Program-made: the position numbers and the translations under genes
DNA from: Promethearchaeota archaeon Loki_b32
Lineage (GTDB): Archaea > Asgardarchaeota > Lokiarchaeia > Sigyniarchaeales > SOKP01
Reading direction: 5' to 3'
Length of the DNA stretch: 64,000 nucleotides
Assembly: GCA_005223125.1 (NCBI GenBank)
Contig: NJBH01000010.1
Span: 50,220 to 114,219 of the forward strand
Notes under the pieces: model-generated
Told to the model about the DNA's origin: nothing
The model's input: only the letters and a program-made list of their open reading frames with translations
The model's database searches: none
Part shown: in pieces, positions 40,541 to 51,909 of the stretch
Numbering within the stretch: position 1 is the first letter of the stretch
How the letters are laid out: every line of letters begins with the position of its first letter

Positions 40541-42247
40541 TTGAGTAAGAATTTTCCAGTTCATTGGTTAGAAGAAATTGTCGAAGAAATTAACTCACGT
40601 AAACCTAATGAAATAACACTTTCTACAGGTAAGACTCCGTCAGGCCATATTCATTTAGGAATATTACGTGAAATTATAATTTGTGATGGGTTGAGAAGGA
40701 TATTTGAGGAACATGGCAAAAAAGTTAATAATTTATTATTTTTCGACAGTTTAGATGCAGCTAAACGATTTCCCGGATATATTCCAGAAAAATTCCAAAA
40801 AAAACACCTTGGAAAACCTTTTGCTATGATACCATGCCCTTATGAAAATTGTAATTGTGAGAGTTATGCTCACCATTTTGGTAACGCTCTAGTAGATACA
40901 TTTCCAAATTTTGGAATTGAAATAAAAACAATTTGGACCCATAAATTATATAAAACAAAAGAAATGCAGGAAAAAATAAAAATTGCTCTTGAAAACACAG
41001 ATAAAATTAAGGAAATCCTAAAAAAATATATTCTCCCTACATTAAGAGAAGAAGATAAAGAAGCATTCATAGAAATGCAAAATAATTGGATGCCAGTGAT
41101 GGCTATATGTGAAAATTGTAATAAAATTCAGCATCGTGATAATAAAGAGTCTATCAGACCAAATAGAGTAAAGGAATATTTTCATAATGAAGACGTAGTC
41201 TCATATGTATGTGAAGCATGTGGTTATACCGGAAAACTTTCTATCTGGAGTGGAAGATTGAAATTAAATTGGCGTATAGATTGGCCTGCTAAGTGGGCTT
41301 TATATAAAACCACTTGTGAACCTGCAGGAAAAGATCATAGTGTTAAAGGAGGTGCTTATGATACTGGTATTGAATTATGCCAAGAGTTATATGATTATGA
41401 AGGACCAGTAAAGGTTCCTTATGAATGGTTAAGATTAGGGGATCAAGACATGGGAACTTCTAAAGGCCATGTTTTTATACCTAAAAAATATCTAGAAATA
41501 GCCGATCCAAGAATTTATAGAACAATAATTTTGAGAACCAACCCAATAAAGCATATTACATTTAGGATTGAAGAGCTATCTCAGTATTATGATTATTATG
41601 AAAGAATGGAAGATATATACTATAATTTAGAAAAAACGGAAGGTTTTGAAGAAAGTAGGTTCTTTAAATACCTATATCCTTTAACCCAAATATCAGATAT
41701 TCCAAAAACAAAATTAAAACAGTTACCCTTGAAACTTTTAACCTTTTTAACACAAATTCAAAATATTTTAAGTATTGATAACCTTTATGAGAAAGCAAAA
41801 ACATATATGGAAAAAAATGGTTTTAAAAATGTGATTTCACTTCAGGAATTTAAGATATTACTGACCCTAACAAATAATTGGCTCAAGGAAGTAAAAAAAA
41901 TTATTGAAAGTGAAGAGGATCCTAAAATCAAAAAGGAGATTATAAGAAAGGTAGAGATTTTTACAATCCCTGAAGAAATCGATGAAAATTTGATAAATAT
42001 CATGGATGAAAAGCAAATTAAAGGAATACAACTGTTAAGAGAATATCTAAAAAATACTGAAGACTTAGAATCTGATTTGATTCAAAACAAAATTTTTAAT
42101 ATAGCAAAAAATGATTTGATTCTCCCCCCAAGAAAGTTTTTTGAGTCAATTTACCAAATTATCTTAGGTAAAAAGAGTGGACCGCGATTGGGACCTTTTC
42201 TTTCTTTATTAGATAAAAATTGGCTATTAAAGAGAATGAATGTTTAA
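40541..42247 (+). CDS. lysS: Lysyl-tRNA synthetase, class I
   Basis: TPSGHIHLG..RE, KL.WRIDWPAKW, EPAGKDH, MGTSKG, GPRLG.F. Confidence 0.95.
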   Translation: MSKNFPVHWLEEIVEEINSRKPNEITLSTGKTPSGHIHLGILREIIICDGLRRIFEEHGKKVNNLLFFDSLDAAKRFPGYIPEKFQKKHLGKPFAMIPCPYENCNCESYAHHFGNALVDTFPNFGIEIKTIWTHKLYKTKEMQEKIKIALENTDKIKEILKKYILPTLREEDKEAFIEMQNNWMPVMAICENCNKIQHRDNKESIRPNRVKEYFHNEDVVSYVCEACGYTGKLSIWSGRLKLNWRIDWPAKWALYKTTCEPAGKDHSVKGGAYDTGIELCQELYDYEGPVKVPYEWLRLGDQDMGTSKGHVFIPKKYLEIADPRIYRTIILRTNPIKHITFRIEELSQYYDYYERMEDIYYNLEKTEGFEESRFFKYLYPLTQISDIPKTKLKQLPLKLLTFLTQIQNILSIDNLYEKAKTYMEKNGFKNVISLQEFKILLTLTNNWLKEVKKIIESEEDPKIKKEIIRKVEIFTIPEEIDENLINIMDEKQIKGIQLLREYLKNTEDLESDLIQNKIFNIAKNDLILPPRKFFESIYQIILGKKSGPRLGPFLSLLDKNWLLKRMNV

Positions 42248-42280
42248 ATAATTTTAATTAAATATAATAAAAGTATAATA

Positions 42281-42460
42281 TTACGAATTAGATTCTTTTT
42301 TTCTCTTGAATAATTTTCGTTTTTTCTTTTCTTTTAAATTCTGATAACATTCTGGACAATAAGTAAAAGATTCGGAAATCATTTCACCACATTTTTTACA
42401 ATGTTTATGAGGATAAATATAAGTATCTGCTTTTTTTTTATATCTTTCGAATTTACTCAA
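42281..42460 (-). CDS. DUF2116-like Zn-ribbon protein (59 aa, below ORF-track cutoff)
   Basis: TTG start; PHKHCKKCGEMI.....YCPECY followed by basic tail. Confidence 0.7.
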   Translation of the reverse strand: MSKFERYKKKADTYIYPHKHCKKCGEMISESFTYCPECYQNLKEKKKRKLFKRKKESNS

Positions 42461-42502
42461 GATTAATCTCCAATTGCTTTTAAATATATAATTACTAATG
42501 GA

Positions 42503-43765
42503 TTATAACTTTTTCACTCCATTTCTATCAATTTTAATTTGATAAAATTGAGTATTTTTCAAAGAATTTGTAATTTCCACAGGATAAGACGGAAATATAG
42601 AAGAAAAAACATCTTTATCGTTAATAATTTCATTTAATTTGTTATGCCAATAACTTAAAACGGTGTCTATTTGATTTGGATTCACTAACGCAAAAACAGA
42701 TCCACCACCTCCCGCACCAGTTAATTTAGCGGCATAAACTTCAGGATTGTCTTCTATTATTTTGATCAAAATATTATTCACTAATCCAATTCCATATTTA
42801 AAACCAGTCTCTTTCATTATCTCGTTCATAATTCTTGTATTCTCCTTAAAATATTTTCCTAGAAGCTTCCAATTATGACACATTAAAGCAAACCTAGATT
42901 TCCACGCTATTTTAGCTAATTCATTATAGCTCTTCAAAATAAGCGGATTTTTCTGTAAATATATCTTCCTTAATTTTCCATGTATATCTCCACTTTTATG
43001 ATATACTCCTGAATAACAAACGATTATAGGGAGATTTTTCAATTCATATACAATATCAATTCTATCATAGATTGCTAAAGGTTCCTTTGATATATCTTTG
43101 TGGTAAAGTTTACCATAATATGAACAAAAACTTAAACCTCCTCTGCTTATAACATATCTGTCGCCATAACCTGAAGTAATTTTTAAATCTTCATCCTCAA
43201 TTTTAGTCGCCATTTCTGCTATAATGTCTCTATTTATAGGGAATTCATTTTCTTTTAATTTTTTAAAGTTATTATATAAATCAAAATACTTAGCAAATCC
43301 AAAGAGAACAGCAATTATTATAGCAGCGCTCCCACCTAAACCACTTTGTTTGGGAATTGTAGTTACTAATCCAATTTCAATATTTGACTTTAAGAAAATT
43401 TCTTCAAAATGTGAACTCATTTTATAAAATCTGTAGATACTAGCATAAATTAGTTTATTTTTTCCTTTGAGTTTATTCCTTATCTCATTTCTACTCTTTG
43501 AAAGTTTTTCCTCATAATTACATTCTACCGACCATTTAAGTATCAATTTTTTCATAGTATATATTTTTAATCGGCTCTCTTCATTAATTTTTTTAATATA
43601 TAAAAAAGCAGATAGAGGGTTATCTAAACCATTAATGGCGACTGAAGGCATCCAGAAATCTCCTTCAACGGCATCTAAAGGATTGATTAAATTTATTCGT
43701 GCGGGGGCTTGAATTACAACATCTGGTTTTAAACTAAAAAAAAACTCCTTTATTGATTTCAGCAA
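42503..43765 (-). CDS. GHMP-family sugar kinase
   Basis: APARI, P.QSGLGGSAA, AKLTGAGGGG. Confidence 0.85.
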   Translation of the reverse strand: MLKSIKEFFFSLKPDVVIQAPARINLINPLDAVEGDFWMPSVAINGLDNPLSAFLYIKKINEESRLKIYTMKKLILKWSVECNYEEKLSKSRNEIRNKLKGKNKLIYASIYRFYKMSSHFEEIFLKSNIEIGLVTTIPKQSGLGGSAAIIIAVLFGFAKYFDLYNNFKKLKENEFPINRDIIAEMATKIEDEDLKITSGYGDRYVISRGGLSFCSYYGKLYHKDISKEPLAIYDRIDIVYELKNLPIIVCYSGVYHKSGDIHGKLRKIYLQKNPLILKSYNELAKIAWKSRFALMCHNWKLLGKYFKENTRIMNEIMKETGFKYGIGLVNNILIKIIEDNPEVYAAKLTGAGGGGSVFALVNPNQIDTVLSYWHNKLNEIINDKDVFSSIFPSYPVEITNSLKNTQFYQIKIDRNGVKKL

Positions 43766-43924
43766 TTTGACTATCGGGACTATAATTTAAATTAATTAAT
43801 TATAACATGGTTGAAGTATTAAGTTTTATTTTAAGATTTCAATATTAATGTTAAATTGGATAATACTTCTGATGGTTAAGAAAAAATTTATGTTTTTATA
43901 AATCAAGTTAAAAATATTAATGAC

Positions 43925-45055
43925 ATGGTTAAAAAAGGCAAGTACAGACTTTTTTCATATCTTCTTGAAAACCACTTAATCTATTATAAAAGTTTAAAAT
44001 TAAATAATAAACTAATTGCATTCGCACTCATAGAATATTCAAATTTCAAATCAGTAGAACCTATTTTGGATGCCTTATTAAGAAATCGGGTAATAAAATA
44101 TTACTCTATTCAAATAGAAATTAATGAAAAAAGGGAAAAAATCTTACTTTTAAATTTTGAAGATTACCAAAAAGAAAATATAATTAAAGCATTTAACATT
44201 GTCCGACAAAATTTAGCAGAAATTGAAAAACCTGTTAAATTTTTAAAAGAAAAAATTTTAGAAAAAAAGTTTTTAACAATTTTCTTCCAAGATATAAATT
44301 CTAGCACATCAATTTCAAAAACTACGGAAGTAATTACAATTTCAGGTGAGAACAAACTAAAAAGTTTTGATTTTTTTAGTATTGATTTAAATTCAATTAA
44401 AAAAAGAAATTCATTCATTGTAAACTTTATAAATTTAGTCAAGAATTTAGGTAGAAGAGGATTTTTAATATTTAATTTTCAAATAGAAAATTATGATATC
44501 AAAATATCAGCTTATTTCGTAGATGTTTATGAAAATATTAAGAACTCTCTTAATTATGAGGATAAAATTAACAGCTTTTTTCATTGTAATTTAATTAAGA
44601 GACAGTATATTAAAATTCACTCAATCTATTCCTACTTTTGGAGATTAGGAATATCAAATACTTATTTTTTTCTTAGTGATTTTTATGAATTATTTTTCCC
44701 CCAAAAAGACATCTACTCTCAAGAATTATTTGATACTAATAATCAAATTGAAAAAAATTTATTAAGTAATAAAATTGAATATTTGAGATTAAGTACTAAC
44801 TTATTATTAATTGAAAACAGTTATCTTTTTATAATATTAGAAAATTTCAATTCTCAATACATCCATCGAATCCTTAGAGACCATTATCCTAAATATTTTA
44901 TTTATATTTTGATACTAGATGAATTGGGTTATAAAAAATTGTTAAAAATGAATTCTATTAAATTAATAGAAAGTATTAAAGTTATTCATCCAGAAGAAAT
45001 ACAAAAATTTAATTTTCAAGAATTCAAAAGAATAATACCCTTAAAAGATCCCTAA
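43925..45055 (+). CDS. Hypothetical protein
   Basis: 376-aa ORF, no recognised motif. Confidence 0.65.
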   Translation: MVKKGKYRLFSYLLENHLIYYKSLKLNNKLIAFALIEYSNFKSVEPILDALLRNRVIKYYSIQIEINEKREKILLLNFEDYQKENIIKAFNIVRQNLAEIEKPVKFLKEKILEKKFLTIFFQDINSSTSISKTTEVITISGENKLKSFDFFSIDLNSIKKRNSFIVNFINLVKNLGRRGFLIFNFQIENYDIKISAYFVDVYENIKNSLNYEDKINSFFHCNLIKRQYIKIHSIYSYFWRLGISNTYFFLSDFYELFFPQKDIYSQELFDTNNQIEKNLLSNKIEYLRLSTNLLLIENSYLFIILENFNSQYIHRILRDHYPKYFIYILILDELGYKKLLKMNSIKLIESIKVIHPEEIQKFNFQEFKRIIPLKDP

Positions 45056-45304
45056 ATCAATAGCAATATCCTGAGCGGAGTATTCTGGATGTAGTTTGAC
45101 GAAAGCTTTTTTCTCTCCCCTTGAAGTAATCAAAGTATTAACTTTTATAACTTTTACATTGTGTAATTTTTCAATAGCTCTTTTAATTTGATTTTTATTT
45201 GCTCGTTTATTTACTATGAAGACCAATTTATTTTCTTTTTCGATTAAGTCAAATGTTTTTTCCGTAATTAAAGGTTTTTTTATAATTTTATAAAAGATTT
45301 CCAC
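45041..45304 (-). CDS. rpl23: 50S ribosomal protein L23
   Basis: PLITEK, NKLVFIV...ANK..IK.A.E, VNTLI...GEKKA.V.L. Confidence 0.96.
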   Translation of the reverse strand: MEIFYKIIKKPLITEKTFDLIEKENKLVFIVNKRANKNQIKRAIEKLHNVKVIKVNTLITSRGEKKAFVKLHPEYSAQDIAIDLGIF

Positions 45305-45310
45305 TTTTAC

Positions 45311-46093
45311 TTACACCTCATAATTATTCAATTCATTGATTGCAGATTGTGTCCATAGAATTAATCTACCAGATGTTCCTCCTGGTGCTAAAGCATTAAT
45401 TGATAAATTTTCAACTTTTATAACATCTGTTCCAGAAATATTTCTTGAAGCTTTAATAATACCAAAATCATCTTTTATTACAATTAAAATTCCTTTCTTT
45501 TTTTTATATTTTCTACCTCTTGATTTACCCTTTCCTGCTCTTATCTTTTTACTCTTCTTAATTTTTATTAGATCTTCCTTTAACCCCAAACTACATAAAA
45601 TTGAATAGATTTTTGATGTTTTTTTAATTGTTTGGATTTTATCATCGACAACTAACGGGATCTCAGGTATATTTTCAATATAAAACCCTCCTTTTTTAAT
45701 CCATGATTTATCTCCAGAAGCAGAAATTGCATAAATTATTGATTGTTTATTTACTTGTTTGTTTATTTTTTTCTCAATCTTTTTTTCTGATTTTATTGGA
45801 TGTGTACGTCGACCTCCTTTAGCAAAAGGAACTCTTCCAACTTGCCTAGCTGTAATAAATCCACTCCCTTTTATTCTAGGGGCTCTAGACAATCCGTGTC
45901 CGGTCCCCCAACCTTCAGCAGTATTTCTTAAACCTGCTCTTTTATCCCTTCCCTGAATTTGCTTATTTTTACTTTGAGATATTGAACTGCCCATTTGAAT
46001 AAGATCTATTCTAGGTTTTAGATCAAAAATTTTTGGTTTATCAATAAATCCTTTCTTATGTCCCTCTAAATTATAAACATTGATTTTTTCCAT
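45311..46093 (-). CDS. rpl4: 50S ribosomal protein L4
   Basis: AG...TAE.WG.G.G..R.PR, GGRR.HP, RAGKGK.RGR, LAPGG..GRL..WT. Confidence 0.96.
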   Translation of the reverse strand: MEKINVYNLEGHKKGFIDKPKIFDLKPRIDLIQMGSSISQSKNKQIQGRDKRAGLRNTAEGWGTGHGLSRAPRIKGSGFITARQVGRVPFAKGGRRTHPIKSEKKIEKKINKQVNKQSIIYAISASGDKSWIKKGGFYIENIPEIPLVVDDKIQTIKKTSKIYSILCSLGLKEDLIKIKKSKKIRAGKGKSRGRKYKKKKGILIVIKDDFGIIKASRNISGTDVIKVENLSINALAPGGTSGRLILWTQSAINELNNYEV

Positions 46094-46115
46094 AATATCA
46101 CCAGGTTCTTAAAAT

Positions 46116-47135
46116 TTATCTTCTTTGTTGGCTTTCCCGACTTACAAATGTAATCTCTGGAGTATTTACAACAAAAGATCTTAATGGTCTAATTGTTTTT
46201 CTTAATCTAATTAATCGTTTTTTAGGTCCCGGAATAGATCCTAACAATAGTATGTAATCGCCCCTGATTTTACCATATTTAATGAATCCCCCTTTTGGAT
46301 TAATTTCTTCTTCATTCTCACCAATTACCATAATTCTTTTATGGTATTCTGTTCTTTGATGAAATCCTAACTGGCCCGCACGTGGAACCGTATAAAGAAC
46401 TCTTGCAGGATGCCAGGGGCCGATACAAGCAACAGCTCTTTTTATTTTATTATTTTTGCGGGTTAAAATTTTAATTCCAAATCTTTTGACAGGTCCTTGA
46501 AATCCCTTTCCTTTTGTTACTGCGATTACGTCTACTAATTCTCCTTCTGTTAAAACATCTCGAACTCTGATTTCTTTACCTAAATTATCATAAGCGAAAT
46601 TATATTCATCACGAGGATTTTTTATTGAGTTTATTTTTATTTCAATAATATCTGGTTTTTTTCTTGGTAGTGATGTATTGTATGGTTGTGTTTGAAAAAT
46701 ACCTCTAACATCACTTGTATCATTTAATTCGTTTAAAATGTTTTTTTTAATTTCTTCAGTATTATATTTTTCAAAATTTGGTAGATTTATTTTTCGAGAT
46801 ATGTAATGATTAAACTCCTGATTATATAATTCTCCAACAATGTATTTCCCATATTCATCTTCATTATAAACTCTAATACCGATTAGAATTAATGGTGGTA
46901 CTTCAACAACTGTTACTGGTTTCATTAATTCCTTTCCGAAATAAGGACTATTCCTTTGATCCTCTATATATGTAATATGAGTCATTCCCGCTTTAAATCC
47001 AGCAAAACCAAGAAAATTAATCTCATCTGAATTGTCTAACCAATGTCTTATTCGCCCTTTTATTTGTGTTGCTCTCTTTCTAGGTAGAAATGCTAATGAT
47101 CCATGTCTGGGGGCGTGCTTTTTACGGTGTCCCAT
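46116..47135 (-). CDS. rpl3: 50S ribosomal protein L3
   Basis: PRHGSL.F.PRKR, GFKAGMTH, TKGKGFQGPVKR.G, GPWHP. Confidence 0.97.
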   Translation of the reverse strand: MGHRKKHAPRHGSLAFLPRKRATQIKGRIRHWLDNSDEINFLGFAGFKAGMTHITYIEDQRNSPYFGKELMKPVTVVEVPPLILIGIRVYNEDEYGKYIVGELYNQEFNHYISRKINLPNFEKYNTEEIKKNILNELNDTSDVRGIFQTQPYNTSLPRKKPDIIEIKINSIKNPRDEYNFAYDNLGKEIRVRDVLTEGELVDVIAVTKGKGFQGPVKRFGIKILTRKNNKIKRAVACIGPWHPARVLYTVPRAGQLGFHQRTEYHKRIMVIGENEEEINPKGGFIKYGKIRGDYILLLGSIPGPKKRLIRLRKTIRPLRSFVVNTPEITFVSRESQQRR

Positions 47136-47267
47136 TATTTATCACATTACTTTTTGGAAATGAATTTTTCAAAATAAATAAATTTTTTCATTTAAAATTT
47201 ACTAATTGATTATCCGTTAATGGTTAAAAGAGGGTTATTTAAATTTTTCTTTATAAAATTATTATAA

Positions 47268-49448
47268 ATGGCATTGAAAGATCTTACTTATTTTAAGGAA
47301 AGAGCAAATTTTGATGGAAAGAAAGATATAATTTTAATCTTAGATTGTTATAACTGTTCTCAAAAAGAAAATAATCTCTATAAATCAAAAAAATGTATAA
47401 ACTGTTTTTTACACACATTATATAAATATAGGAACCGGAAATTTGATTATTTATCTATTTTATGGAATGAGACTATGATAAATGGTACTCAATTCAATTT
47501 ATTATTAGATTATTTTAAGATTTTAAAAAAAATCAAGAGAATCTATAACAAAACTGAAAAGAATAGAAATCAAAAATGCAAATATAGAGAATTTAAATGT
47601 AAAATCTTTTCTAAATCTTCTCATTTGTACAAACTCAATGAATTGGAATGGATGGATCCCGTTTATGTTTATCTTAACCTATTAAAGAGATTTTCGAGCC
47701 GAAATAAAAAGAATATAAAAGATTCAACTTGTCAAAAATGTTATAATTTTCAAGAAACTTCAGAAAACTATATTCTTAAAATTCTAAATAATTTAAGAAT
47801 TATACAAAGGTTTAAGAATTTCCAAGCAGATAATAAAAATCATGTAAGCAATTATGATTTCTATGGGCATTTTCTTTCAGGAAATTCATATATTGTAAAT
47901 AAACGTCAAGAATATCAAAATAAAAACTTAGATAGAGATAGAAAATTAATAAATTCATATACTACAGGAAAAAATAATATCTTTAAAGTCGATATTTATG
48001 AAAATTCAGCAGAACTTGAAAAAAATTATAAAGTCTCCTCTTTTTATAAAGGAGAGCTACATGAAGATTATTTCAATAGGATCATCAAAGAAATTCATAA
48101 AAAAATAGAACTTGCTGAATTTAATCAACTTATTTCACTAGAAAACTTAATAAAATTATACAAAAAGGAAGCAATAAAAATTTTAAATTCTAATTATGAA
48201 TTTGAGAAAACTGTTAATAAGAAGATAGGGCTTTTAGCCGCCTTAAAAAAGTTAAATTTAGATAAGCTATTTCCATTATTAATCGATGATTTCATTGAAG
48301 AAATATTCTTAGACTCCCCAAAAGATGAGATCTACTTAAATCACCAAATGTATGGCCGGTGTCGAACAGAAATAAGATTTAATCTAAAAGAAATCGAACG
48401 AATTAAAACGTTTGTTAGATTATATAGTGGAACTAGACTTGATTTTATGAACCCAATTATTAAATTTGTAATTAAGAATAAATTCTTCTATTGTAGGTTT
48501 TCTATAGATGTTGAACCAATTCAGATTAATAATTTTGCTTTAGATATAAGAAAGCTAAATAAGAATATCCTGACTATTCAAGATCTACTAAAGAATGGAA
48601 CCTTGGATCCGTTAATCGCAGCATTTCTATACTTTAACATTATTCGAAGAAAAAATATTACGGTCACGGGGGAAACTGATACTGGAAAAACAACTTTAAT
48701 TAATGCATTAGATTTGTTAACACCAAAGGAATTTAGAAAAATCTATATTGAAAACGTTACAGAATCACTAAATGAATTTGAGTATGGTAAACATCAATTG
48801 AAATATAAAGTGGATTCATTAGAAGATTCAATAATAGAAAAATATTCAAAAAGCAATCAAATTAAAACACTTCTACATAGAACACCCGATATTATCTATT
48901 TAGGTGAGATTCTTACAAAAGAAGAAGCATTAGCTATGTTTCATTGTCTTGCTGCGGGATTAAGAGGATTTCAAACAATTCACTCTAAAGATATTGATTC
49001 ACTTATGAATCGGTTTATCTATCACTTTGGAATAGATAAATCATGTCTAAACGATCTAGATTTAATCATTTTGATGAAAAAAGATGTTATGACAAGAAAA
49101 ATCGTAGGGGTATTTGAAATTTGTAAAACTTCTGAAACAAAAAATAAATTATTTAATTCGATTTTTAAATATAATCCAGAATCCAATAAATGGTTATTAA
49201 CAAAATCACTCTATGAGACAAACGTGATCTTGGATGTAAAAAGATATGAAAATTTGTCTAAAGGAAATTTCTTATTATTTATCAGATTTTATTATGAAAT
49301 ATTCTTATTTCTATTAAAAATAAAGAAAATAGAAAACTTCGAATTAATTGATTTTTTTCATCAAATTTCTTATTACTCACAAAAATCTGTTGGTTCCTTA
49401 AAGCATTTTTGGAATAATTGGAAAAAGAATCGAAGTTTAAATTTTTAG
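47268..49448 (+). CDS. Type II/IV secretion / pilus assembly ATPase (VirB11/TadA/FlaI family) with Cys-rich N-terminus
   Basis: Walker A GETDTGKTT, IENVTE, R.PD.IYLGEI, F.....G..G..TIH. Confidence 0.88.
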   Translation: MALKDLTYFKERANFDGKKDIILILDCYNCSQKENNLYKSKKCINCFLHTLYKYRNRKFDYLSILWNETMINGTQFNLLLDYFKILKKIKRIYNKTEKNRNQKCKYREFKCKIFSKSSHLYKLNELEWMDPVYVYLNLLKRFSSRNKKNIKDSTCQKCYNFQETSENYILKILNNLRIIQRFKNFQADNKNHVSNYDFYGHFLSGNSYIVNKRQEYQNKNLDRDRKLINSYTTGKNNIFKVDIYENSAELEKNYKVSSFYKGELHEDYFNRIIKEIHKKIELAEFNQLISLENLIKLYKKEAIKILNSNYEFEKTVNKKIGLLAALKKLNLDKLFPLLIDDFIEEIFLDSPKDEIYLNHQMYGRCRTEIRFNLKEIERIKTFVRLYSGTRLDFMNPIIKFVIKNKFFYCRFSIDVEPIQINNFALDIRKLNKNILTIQDLLKNGTLDPLIAAFLYFNIIRRKNITVTGETDTGKTTLINALDLLTPKEFRKIYIENVTESLNEFEYGKHQLKYKVDSLEDSIIEKYSKSNQIKTLLHRTPDIIYLGEILTKEEALAMFHCLAAGLRGFQTIHSKDIDSLMNRFIYHFGIDKSCLNDLDLIILMKKDVMTRKIVGVFEICKTSETKNKLFNSIFKYNPESNKWLLTKSLYETNVILDVKRYENLSKGNFLLFIRFYYEIFLFLLKIKKIENFELIDFFHQISYYSQKSVGSLKHFWNNWKKNRSLNF

Positions 49449-49464
49449 ATTTTTATTTAACTAT

Positions 49465-49887
49465 ATGACAAATCTTATAGAAAAATCGTTATTACTCGGT
49501 TTTGGAATTTTTACTATATCAATTTTTTCTACCATCCTGATACCATTTTTAGGAAAAATAGCAGTATTTAACCAGAATGAATATAGATCTTTAGAATCTT
49601 ATACGATTTTTATAAATGAAGTTGATATAGGCATTACTAATGTAGTTCAACACCCTAATGAACCCTTTCTTAGGGTAATTGATTATCCTGATAATTTAAA
49701 TATCACTTTTTATGACAACTTTGCTAAATACGAATTTATTTTGGAAGAAAAGATTTATGTTAAATTTTATGAATACAATACATCATTTATCAATCGTTGT
49801 TTTTACCAAATCCCTGTACAAACATACCTCTTGAATATTTCTCAGCAATCAACATTAACTAGCGTTAATTTTATTAATTTACACTAA
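49465..49887 (+). CDS. Pilin-like protein without a leader peptide
   Basis: N-terminus TNLIEKSLLLGFGIF aligns with mature Flp pilin GNLVEYALLIGFALF. Confidence 0.55.
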   Translation: MTNLIEKSLLLGFGIFTISIFSTILIPFLGKIAVFNQNEYRSLESYTIFINEVDIGITNVVQHPNEPFLRVIDYPDNLNITFYDNFAKYEFILEEKIYVKFYEYNTSFINRCFYQIPVQTYLLNISQQSTLTSVNFINLH

Positions 49888-49901
49888 ATCTTATCAAAAA
49901 T

Positions 49902-51428
49902 ATGAAAAATTTTAAGTATTATATCAGATTTTGTAATAAATTCAATAAACATTATTTACCTAAATTAAAATTTAGGATATTAGATGAAAGATACAATTAT
50001 TTTTATAGAAGAATATATAATATCGATGAAGATGACATAAATAGAGCGAGTTTTTTTATTTGTATTGTCTCATTTAGTATTATTGTATTACTATCATTAG
50101 CTTTTCTTAAATTAGATCTTTCGATTATAATTATATACTCCCTAATTTTATCATTTATGCTCTCGTTTAGATTCAATTTAACACTCTTTCATGAAGTTAA
50201 CAAAATGGAAACAAAAATTAATACTATACTTTATCTAATTAAAATTGATTTTTCTTTAATACAAAAAACGTTGAAGAATAATGCCGATTCCTGTGTAAAT
50301 TTTATAAAACTTATTAAGGAATATCAGCTACCAATTTTTGGCAATTTTAAATATATATTAAAAAGAATTCATGAAGGTTATAAACCTGAAGATGAATTAT
50401 TTGAACTTTTAAGTCCGTCGAAGGATTTTAACCAATATTTAAGACACTTATTAATCAATAATTTTGATAACAGATATGAAATCGATGAATTTAAAGAGGG
50501 TACATTAGAAAAAAACTTTAAAGTATATTTAAGAGAAATCCAATCAAAGATTAGTATTATCTTTTTTATTGGTATATTTTTTCCTATAGGACTATGTTTT
50601 TTGATTTTATTTCAAGTAATAGACTTAATAATAGCAGTTCTTCTAATTCCTTTCTTTTTATATATCTTAAATTTTTTATGCCGTAAATATGTTAAAAAAA
50701 ATACTTATTTGATTGGAGTTTTAAAGGAATATTCAAGTTTAGAAAAGAAAAAATTTAATGAGTTTTTATTATTTTTAGAAAGTTTTGCCATAAATCTAAA
50801 AAATAATATATCCCCCGAAAGAGCCTTCCTAAAATCATACACACAAAATAAAAATCTTTTTGTAGTACTGAATCAAACGATTAAAAGTCAGATTTCAAGT
50901 CTTTTAAATTTTAAATGCTCTTTTCATGATATGATACAATTTTTTAAATTAGAATTAAAATCTATGCGATATAATATAATACTCGATGCAATAGAGAAAT
51001 TTGTAGCAGAAAATGCAAATTATTCCTCTACTAAAATTTTCGAAATTCTACATGTTGTTCATAAACATCAAGAACTTGAAAAAAAACGGGAAGTCGTTAT
51101 TAAGGGAGAGAAATTTAAAATATTTTTCTTTTTATTTCTCTTACCATTATTAATAGGGACAATCTCAGGTATGTTTCCTTTTTTTGTATTAATAACAAGT
51201 AATATTAATTCAATTACAAGTGCGAGTTTAATAGATTTTAGTAATCTAATAAGTATCTATAATATTTTTTTAATTTTTTTTGTATTTATATCGAGTTTAT
51301 CAATTACTTCCATAAATTTTTTGAAAATTATTAATATTCAGAAGAAATTCTTAATTATACTTATTTCTAATCTTTTATTTATCTTAACTTTTTTGATATC
51401 ATTTACAAATATTTTAAATCTTATTTAG
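49902..51428 (+). CDS. TadC/T2SSF/FlaJ-like membrane platform protein
   Basis: Two repeats of TM pair + soluble helical domain (G..PE; SPE.AF); follows the secretion ATPase. Confidence 0.65.
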   Translation: MKNFKYYIRFCNKFNKHYLPKLKFRILDERYNYFYRRIYNIDEDDINRASFFICIVSFSIIVLLSLAFLKLDLSIIIIYSLILSFMLSFRFNLTLFHEVNKMETKINTILYLIKIDFSLIQKTLKNNADSCVNFIKLIKEYQLPIFGNFKYILKRIHEGYKPEDELFELLSPSKDFNQYLRHLLINNFDNRYEIDEFKEGTLEKNFKVYLREIQSKISIIFFIGIFFPIGLCFLILFQVIDLIIAVLLIPFFLYILNFLCRKYVKKNTYLIGVLKEYSSLEKKKFNEFLLFLESFAINLKNNISPERAFLKSYTQNKNLFVVLNQTIKSQISSLLNFKCSFHDMIQFFKLELKSMRYNIILDAIEKFVAENANYSSTKIFEILHVVHKHQELEKKREVVIKGEKFKIFFFLFLLPLLIGTISGMFPFFVLITSNINSITSASLIDFSNLISIYNIFLIFFVFISSLSITSINFLKIINIQKKFLIILISNLLFILTFLISFTNILNLI

Positions 51429-51445
51429 AATGAAAAATTCTTTCT

Positions 51446-51745
51446 TTAAGAAAATGCAATGAGGTAAATCGATTCAATTGTTAAATACATACCAATAAAA
51501 ACATTTATTAGCGTAGAATAGAAAAAAACAAGTTTGAAAAATGGATTTTCCTCTATATTGTCAATATATAATAAAATTTCTAATTTCTCTAATATTAAAT
51601 AAAAGGGAATTAATATAATAAGAAAAATCGACAAAGAAATTAAAGTAATGCTCATATCAACAGAAAGAGCGGAATATATAAAAATAAATATATTAATTCC
51701 TAAAATTAATAAAACTTCTATTAAAAGTATTTGATACTCCAACAT
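51446..51745 (-). CDS. Small membrane protein
   Basis: Three hydrophobic helices. Confidence 0.55.
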   Translation of the reverse strand: MLEYQILLIEVLLILGINIFIFIYSALSVDMSITLISLSIFLIILIPFYLILEKLEILLYIDNIEENPFFKLVFFYSTLINVFIGMYLTIESIYLIAFS

Positions 51746-51909
51746 ATCTTAAACTATATGTAACATTATTTATTTAAAGAGCTCATATTGTTAATTGCTA
51801 GAATCAAATCTCAAATAATTTTTTTTAATTTTTAATAAAATCCCTCCTGATTTTATAAACACTAAAATTGTTAGAAAATATTATAAAAGAATAAACTCTG
51901 ATAATAATT

